DNA of 64,000 nt from Octopus vulgaris. Lineage: Eukaryota. The notes beneath the pieces were generated by a model. The model was given only the letters and a program-made list of their open reading frames with translations, ran no database searches and was not told where the DNA came from. The stretch spans positions 63,488,001 to 63,552,000 of the forward strand of contig OX597818.1 of NCBI GenBank assembly GCA_951406725.2, given 5' to 3'. The position numbers and the translations under genes are program-made. This document shows positions 56,481 to 64,000 of this stretch, piece after piece; position 1 is the first letter of the stretch, and each line of letters starts with the position of its first letter.

Positions 56481-56790
56481 AGATGCGCAATGGCGCATTG
56501 GTTAGGGCAGCGGACTCACGGTCGCAAGATCGTGTTTTCGATTCCCAGACTAGGTATTGTGTGCGTTTATTGAGCGAAAACATTTAAAGCTCCACGAGGA
56601 TCCGGCAAGTAGTGGTGGCACTCCTGTTGTACTCTTTCGCCCCAACTTTCTCTCGCTCTTTCTTCCTGTTTCTTGAGTAACGCTGTGATGGACTGGCGTC
56701 GAGTCAAGCTAGGGCGGAACATACACCATAGAAACCGGGAAACCGGGCACATGAGCCTGGCTAGGTTTGAGAGGGGCGCATAAATAAAAA
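56481..56790 (+). mobile_element. SINE family C, tail type 3
   Basis: Same head and body as 30351, then diverges into GATGGACTGGCGTC...ATAGAAACCGGGAAACCGG. Confidence 0.8.
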
Positions 56791-56824
56791 AAAATATTAC
56801 CTTTAATATTCAGGCTACAATCTA

Positions 56825-57030
56825 GAAGAATCGTTAGTATGACGAGTGAAAGTTTAAGCGTCTTTTTGCCAGCCTTTACGTTATGAGTTCAAATTCCGCT
56901 GAGGCCGAGTTTGCCTTTCATCGTTCTGGGGTTGAAATAATGAGTATCAACTAAGCGTTGAGATCGTTGTAACCGAATTGAACCCTCCCTCGAAATTCCT
57001 AGACCTCTGGCACAATTTGAAACCAACATT
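56825..57030 (+). mobile_element. Degenerate CORE-type SINE family B
   Basis: GAGTTCAAATTCCGCTGAGGCCGAGTTTGCCTTTCATC core. Confidence 0.7.
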
Positions 57031-57160
57031 ACCTTTAACATACGTTTAAAACTTTGCACTATATATATGATGAATTGAACCAATATATATGTGTCTATGT
57101 TGATATATATACCTATATTTAGACACACACACACACATATATGTACATGTATATACTTAC

Positions 57161-57209
<49 letters not shown>

Positions 57210-58971
57210 AATCACCAAGTAAGGGACCTATATACATTTATTCCACACAAAAATTATAGTCGTTAATCATCATTATATCAGTTACTACCGTCTTAACACA
57301 CAAACAAATTATCCCAGAAAATCTCATATACAAAAATGAGGCGGTAATAGCGTAGGGTGACATAATTCTGAACTTATGCATGATAAATGAGATGTGATTT
57401 GAGGCCTAGATGCGACAAAAAAGAGCATCGGTGTAGTTTGTTATCATTTATTCCTGGTTTAGTGGGCCACATATGGACAAGCGTTCGAGAGAAACATATA
57501 CGCACCTTTGAATGCAATTACTGAAAAACTAACTCATATTTCCTTGATAGGAATTATTTTGCTGACGTCAAGGCAAAACGCATCTTGTGATGACACATAA
57601 TGGTAAATCACTTCTCTCAGTTTATAAAGAAAATTAATAAATCATAACTCGTTTTTTTGTTTTTTTTTGAAAAAGTACAAGGGAAACAGAAAAATACATT
57701 AGTTAAGCGTCAGCTGTAAGCAAATACTTTTATGAAATGTGTAATTGTCTGCCTTCTTGTTCTTCCTATTAAACTTAATCTGTTTTTTAATGTTGCCAGC
57801 TATCATTCTTTATTGTAACCAATATTGTGGAAATAAATCTTTTATTGAGTGTCCAGTTGGAATATCCAGAATCGTTCCTTATATATTGCAGATGTAAACA
57901 TGAGTTTTTAAAGAGAACGAATATATAAGAATAGGCGGAAATTAGTTTAGTTCCCGAGTTCAGACTAGTGATCTAATTAACGGAGGCTTCCTATTTGAAG
58001 TATTTGTATAGGTGGACTGACACTACGAGGATAATTTCACAAACCTTTAAAGAAACTCACAATTTTTTCAATTAGCATAACAACCTGGTAATACTAACGT
58101 GTCAAATTTATTTGTCCATGGGGTGTACATGAATAAGGAGCAACGGTAAGCAAACATAGCAGAGATTCTGTTCCTCTTGTCAAATTCTAAAATGTAAATC
58201 AACAATTATGTGACAGAATTAAAATTAGTCACGAATGTCCTCACGACATGATTTAATTTATCGTTTATTTATTCAATAATTTGATTCGCCTACAGAAAAC
58301 ACCACAGGGGCTAGCTTTTATTAGAATATTTCTGATTATGAAAACACCCATTCCACTGTAATAAAGTTGTTTTTATCGAACTTAATTTGCGATGATAATA
58401 TATTTCAATATCAAGATCTATTTTTCCATGACATTTGCCGAACCTGTAAGTGGACAGTCTATAGTTTTTTAAATAAAACGTTATTGAAATAAAATAACGA
58501 TCTGTTGTGTCATACACATATTTGATCTTTGAAGCATATATGAATGCTCAGCAATTATAGTTAGTTATTCTGCAAGCAAAATGGAGCCTATTTCCACATC
58601 ATGAATTAATTGAGCCTAGCATGGTTAATAGCCGTAATTGTCAGCATACGGTAAGTAATGTAAGGAGAAGCAGAGAATGTCACTTGCACTAAAATTACAT
58701 TCAGCCAAGAAGAACGTAAAAAAAAATACTTAATTTCATTGCCTTTAAAAAGTAATATCAATTTGTGAGCGAACAATCCAAATTCAGTCTTGGACAATCT
58801 TTCTATATACAGTGATTTAGCCTATTCTAAATGCTAACATAAACTAGCATTCAAACAAGAACATTTTAAATTGGTCCTGTAGAAAAGAAAACCATTTATA
58901 TTTTTTTATATTTGCGTTCTTCATATATTCAATCTGGCATTCTTAGTACAGCATTTAGATTGGTATTCAAA

Positions 58972-59036
<65 letters not shown>

Positions 59037-59354
59037 AAGCGGCTTTTTAAATGCTAAATCTTAGTTAAAATAATGTATATACCGAAGCAGTTGCTTTAAA
59101 TCGAAAATTTTAGATAAAGTTTTACATTTGGAGGCCTTAGTAAACGATACACATATTGTTGCAGCTTCAGTCTCATCTCTAAGGATGAGATCCCTGTTCA
59201 CAACTGTCAATTCCCATTCGAAGTGAAATCACTGGTCATTTATTATGCATGAAAATATGATCAACTACTGGCGAAGCGTGGAAGTGTCAATTCTCGACAC
59301 TACTGATGCTGTTCAAAAATACCAGTGTCAATGAATCTTGCAACTAATGTCGGT

Positions 59355-59840
59355 AGACCTCGCACAACCTCTAGGGATACGGACACTTATTTCATAAGCT
59401 ACAATAAGAATTCCGGTTATACATTTCTTTCAAACGGAACAACATTTTTGAAACCATGAATAATACAAGGTACAGTTCGCAGAATTAGAATTGAAAAGGA
59501 ATAAAACAGGCGGCAGCAAGTGAGGTTAGTGCACCTTCGCACACCTACTCATATATACACACATATATGTATGTGTATGCAAGATTTATATATATATATT
59601 CATGCATAAATCTTGCATACACATACATATATGTGTGTATATATGAGTAGGTGTGCGAAGGTGCACTAACCTCACTTGCTGCCGCCTGTTTTATTCCTTT
59701 TCAATTCTAATTCTGCGAACTGTACCTTGTATTATTCATGGTTTCAAAAATGTTATTCCGTTTGAAAGAAATGTATAACCGGAATTCTTATTGTAGCTTA
59801 TGAAATAAGTGTCCGTATCCCTAGAGGTTGTGCGAGGTCT
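59355..59840. repeat. 235-bp near-perfect inverted duplication with 16-bp spacer
   Basis: 59355-59589 is the reverse complement of 59606-59840 with one mismatch seen. Confidence 0.95.
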
Positions 59841-61514
59841 TGTGGGTGTGTGTGAGTGGGGTGGGTGTTTGTATTTGTTATGGGTGTGTGTTTTACGTGT
59901 GTGTATTTGTGTGTGAATGTATAGGTTAAAGGGATTGCTATATAAGTATGTTATAGGGTTTAGCAAAGGGAGGTTTTATCATTTATGTTTTTATGAGTTT
60001 TAATTTATCATGGTAATTTTATTAAAGAATCCATTCATAATTTTTTTTAAATAATGTTGGTTTACCGCGTGAATATAGTTTTTAATTCCATTTATTCTAT
60101 TTCTCCATTCATAATTTTAAGTGACGTTTGCTTCCATAGCGCGTATTCTTTTTATACATAAGTTATGTTCTTATGGTAACGTAATTTTGGTTTGATGTTT
60201 TTTAACGGCTTAGAATTTAATTTCACTTCATAATTTGAAACTGACTTGAAAGTATGTATATTATTTCTCCTTATGTCATGTTGTTATTTTTGATATTCTG
60301 GTTACTTACGATGTATTTTATATATAGTATTATTTGTAATAATGTTGTTTTTCTTTGGAGTGTTTATGTATGTGGGATTGTGTGTGAGTGTGTGCGTATT
60401 TTGGTTGTGTAATTTATTTATCTGTATGAGTGTGGGTGTGTTAATATTGTTGTATATATCGAGTTTGGTGAGTATGTATATGTATATGGTGTGTGTTTAC
60501 GTATGTATATTTGTGTGTGAATGTGTTTATGGGTTTGCTATATAGGTTTGGGGATGTATGTGTTTATTTGTCTGTGTGGGGTTGAGTGGGTTTTTGGAGT
60601 ATATGTTGAGGTTTATATGTATGTATAGGTATGTGTGAGTGAGGTGGGTATTTGTATATGTCGTGGGTGTGTGGTTTACGTGTGTGTATTTGTGTGTGAA
60701 TGTTTAGGTTAGGGGGATTGCTATATAGGTATGTTATAGAGTTTAGTAAAGGGAGATTTTATCATTATATGTTTTTATGAGTTTTGGTTTGTCATGGTAG
60801 TTTTATTAAGGAATTCGTAGTAGTTTGTGTCTATTTGCGATGTCTGTTGTTTTATTGCATGTTTTCATTCATAATTTTTAAGTAATGTTCGTTTTACCAA
60901 GTGAATATAATTTTTAATTCCATTTATTCCATTTCTCCATTCATAATTTTAAATGATGTCCGTTTCTAGAGCGGGAATGTGGGTTGTATGTGTGTGTGAG
61001 GGAGTATGAATAAGTATTGTGTTGAAGTATTTGGCTATTTTATTTATTTATCGTTGCCTAGACGTTTTTATGTGTATGTATAGGGATATATATATAGGTG
61101 TGTGATTTAGTGTATGTATTTAGATATGGTTATATATAATTAGTTATATGTGTATGGGTATATATATAGTTTATTTTTTGTTTTGTTTTATATTTTATAT
61201 TTTATATTTTATATTTTATATTTAATTGTTGAAAGGTTTATTTTAGTTTATATATTGTTTATATATTGATTATATATGGATTATATATAGGTTATATATA
61301 GATTATATATTTATATTTTTTCATTAATACTTTAATTATTTTAAAATTATTATTTTTATATTTTAAAATATTGATATTTTAGATTGGAAGTCCACCTGAA
61401 GATTGTCGATTAGGACAAGAAACAATTGTAGTGGCGGTTTTTTTGACTTTTTATTAAAATTTTATGTATTGATTAAGTTTTTCCTTGTTTGTTTTGCAAA
61501 ATAGTGGTTTTGTC

Positions 61515-61518
<4 letters not shown>
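59841..61518 (+). mobile_element. G/T-skewed non-coding element ending in a hammerhead and (TA)n, probably Penelope-like-derived
   Basis: Abrupt strand-skew onset at 59841. Internal diverged direct repeat. Hammerhead about 85 bp before (TA)n. Confidence 0.55.
61392..61434 (+). ncRNA. Type I hammerhead ribozyme motif, fully canonical core
   Basis: CCAC-CUGAAGA-UUGUC(GAUUAG)GACAA-GAAAC-AAUU-GUA-GUGG. All helices Watson-Crick. Helix III is the palindrome ACAAUUGU. Confidence 0.88.
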
Positions 61519-61567
<49 letters not shown>

Positions 61568-62178
61568 TATGTAAGTAGTTGAATGAATTATCTTAGTATG
61601 GATAATTCGGTTAACCGATACCCGGGTAGCAAATTCACGTCAGCAAAACAAGGTTGGAGGGGAGAGATCTAAGAATAGGTAGGTGATAGGGTGCAAGTCA
61701 TATGAATGGTGATTTGTTGTTTGCTTTTGTGATTGAGTGCCTATGTGTGTGTATGTATATAACTGCATTCGTGTCTATGTGTGTGTATGTGTGTGCGTGA
61801 TTGTGTGTGTGGTTGGGTAGATGCCAAAAACAAACAGTGGTGGAGTGACAGGTTTGTGTCTGTGTGTTTGATTGTGCTTACGATAGAGAGAGGGAAAGAG
61901 AGAGAAAGAGAGAGGAGGGCGAGGTAGAGAGACAAAGGTAAAACATTTATTTATATATATATGTATGTATGTATTTATGTATACTTCAAAATGTAACCAC
62001 GCGTGTATCGTTCACGATTTTCTTCCTCCGTCTTCCCTTCTTTTGGTCTTTCTTCATTCATTCCTTTCCTGAACGTCTGATAATACATTACCTCTACCAT
62101 GTCCTCGTATCGATGTTTTTTTCTTGTGTGTCCTTCTTTGTTTGGATTCAATATATATATATACATACATACATACAC

Positions 62179-62209
<31 letters not shown>

Positions 62210-62224
62210 TACATACATACATAC

Positions 62225-62273
<49 letters not shown>

Positions 62274-62436
62274 CATTCATGTATCTATATATGTGTGTGG
62301 GAGGCATGCCAGACACACATGTAACGTAACCTACTCGCAGCCTCTTTCAATGGGATTTTATATACAAACTTTACTGTTTATAATTATGAATTTACTATTT
62401 CATGTTAACATTTTGAATATTACATTTACGACCATC

Positions 62437-62510
62437 ATTTCAAATAGAAATTGTTCTGCTTGTATTTCGAGTAGAAAGTGTTCTGCTTGCATTTCAAATA
62501 CAAATTCTGC
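62437..62510. repeat. 27-bp tandem repeat (about 3 copies) in a degenerate CATTTCAAATACA-type array
   Basis: ATTTCAAATAGAAATTGTTCTGCTTG-like units. Confidence 0.65.
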
Positions 62511-62757
62511 TGTTTACATTCAGAATACAGTTTCATAGTTATATTGTAAATACAAAATTCTATGATCAGGTTCTAAATACATTTTAAACTGTCATTTTAA
62601 ATACAGCGTTAACATTTCAAAGTCAGTATTCTAAACACAATAGCTGACATTTTAATACAGATTGAGTTAAATACACATCCACAACATGAACATTTAGAAG
62701 AATTGTAAAGGAATCCAGATTTCGTTCGTTTTTGGATGTTACATAACTCTAACATAT

Positions 62758-62801
<44 letters not shown>

Positions 62802-62804
<3 letters not shown>

Positions 62805-63002
62805 TAATCCAAACAAGAAAACACAAAAAAAACACAACAACGCGAGGACGTGGAACAAATATAGTATTATTGGACGCTCAGGAAAGAAGGGGAGAAGGAG
62901 GGTTTAAAGTTTCGAGCGGAGCTCTTCGTCGGAAACATAGGAGAAGGAAAGATCCCGAGAAGGGAAGACAGAGGAAAAAAATCGCCAACGGCACACACGA
63001 GG

Positions 63003-63005
<3 letters not shown>
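62802..63005 (-). mobile_element. Family G copy with altered hammerhead (62902-62936)
   Basis: Aligns to 18983-19196. Core reads CCGACGA...GAAACUUU. Confidence 0.85.
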
Positions 63006-63040
<35 letters not shown>

Positions 63041-63291
63041 GTATATAATATGTGTGGTTTAGTTCGCTGACGAATTAAACCAATACGTGCACTGTATAAG
63101 TGCTATAATTGGTTATCCGTTACCTTCCGAGTTCTCAGCTTAGGCTGGAGCAAGTGTTCCGGAGCATACCTTTCTGTCAGCAGTTATAAATTAAAGAAAA
63201 TGTTGACCTCGGATACTCATCCTGCCTTCGTTTTGTTTTCCATTTTCATTTATATATATATATAGATATATGTGTGTGTGTGTGTGTGTAT

Positions 63292-63475
63292 GTGTGACAA
63301 TTAATCGGTTGCCATAATTGCCTCGATAACTGAAGATGCCGGACCAGGTTTCTGTTCCGACATCCGAAACTCGGAGTCTTATTATGGCAACCGAATAATT
63401 GTCACATATTATATTACAGATAAATTGTTTTATTTACGTAATATCTAGGTCTATTTCCTCATTTTGTTGTCTTAA
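63292..63475 (+). mobile_element. Family F element with hammerhead (63325-63383)
   Basis: gAUAA-CUGAAGA-UGcCGGA...UCCGaCA-UCC-GAAACUC-G-GAGUC-UUAUu, enclosed by about 26-bp inverted repeats. Confidence 0.7.
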
Positions 63476-63485
63476 TATATAATTT

Positions 63486-63516
<31 letters not shown>

Positions 63517-63549
63517 CTTTATTTAAAGCAGCAGAAAATTCAACAAAAC

Positions 63550-63587
63550 CTGTTACTCTGAGTTTCCCGTTGCCGTTCGTCGGACAG
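63550..63587 (-). ncRNA. Minimal hammerhead motif, U4C variant, in a (TA)n-flanked element (63517-63702)
   Basis: CUGU-CCGACGA-A-CG(GCAA)CG-G-GAAACUC-A-GAGUA-ACAG. Confidence 0.6.
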
Positions 63588-63699
63588 TTTTTGCTAGAAT
63601 GGAACCGATATGTGTATTCTTTAAATAAAGCATATTACTCTACCACTGGTATTTGTGTACTCTATTTTCCACCTTGTTTCACATTTATGTGTTTACTCT

Positions 63700-63735
<36 letters not shown>

Positions 63736-64000
63736 GCATTCTAAAATACTAAATTATTTATACTGCCACAAGTAATTGAAAAATCTATCTTCAGCATTTT
63801 CATTTGATAACATTCAATTACAGAGGGAACCTCGGCTTTTCGTGTAACATTCTACCCCAATATGCCAATATCAACATTACGTGCGAGCTCGGGTAGTATC
63901 ACGGAAAGAGCAAGGAACAACACAATCGAAAGTCGTCAATGTCAGCGATCCCAGTCTAGGGAATGGTTACGTGAAGACTTTGTTTTTTATCTTCCTTATA

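Noticed and set aside
63055-63082. 12-bp hairpin overlapping CTGACGA
   Set aside because: The motif lies in the loop and stem of a simple hairpin, not a three-way junction.

Overview
AT-rich, repeat-saturated eukaryotic non-coding DNA (intergenic or intronic). The tRNA/CORE-type SINEs, (TA)n/(AAT)n/(GATA)n microsatellites and LINE remnants suggest an octopus/cephalopod genome; this is inference from recalled repeat families, not a search. No intact host protein-coding gene, functional tRNA, rRNA or CRISPR array is supported. Many listed ORFs are translated microsatellites and most others are unrecognisable. Recognisable coding remnants are transposon-derived: R4/Dong, CR1/L2-like, RTE and mariner. 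Two Helitron-type non-autonomous elements and a Tigger-like MITE are also present. The most notable signal, read by eye, is a set of about eight apparently unrelated small elements, mostly in or beside (TA)n or (AAT)n tracts. Each carries a minimal type I hammerhead ribozyme motif with a palindromic or near-palindromic helix III, including core variants (U3-A8, U4C, A9C). One is a chimeric SINE: tRNA-like Pol III head + (AAT)n + hammerhead tail. Many insertions show inverted (fold-back) junctions that mimic MITEs. Minimal hammerheads are known from Penelope-like retroelements and retrozymes; whether these particular families are undescribed needs database checks. Coordinates were counted by hand and may be off by a few bases.
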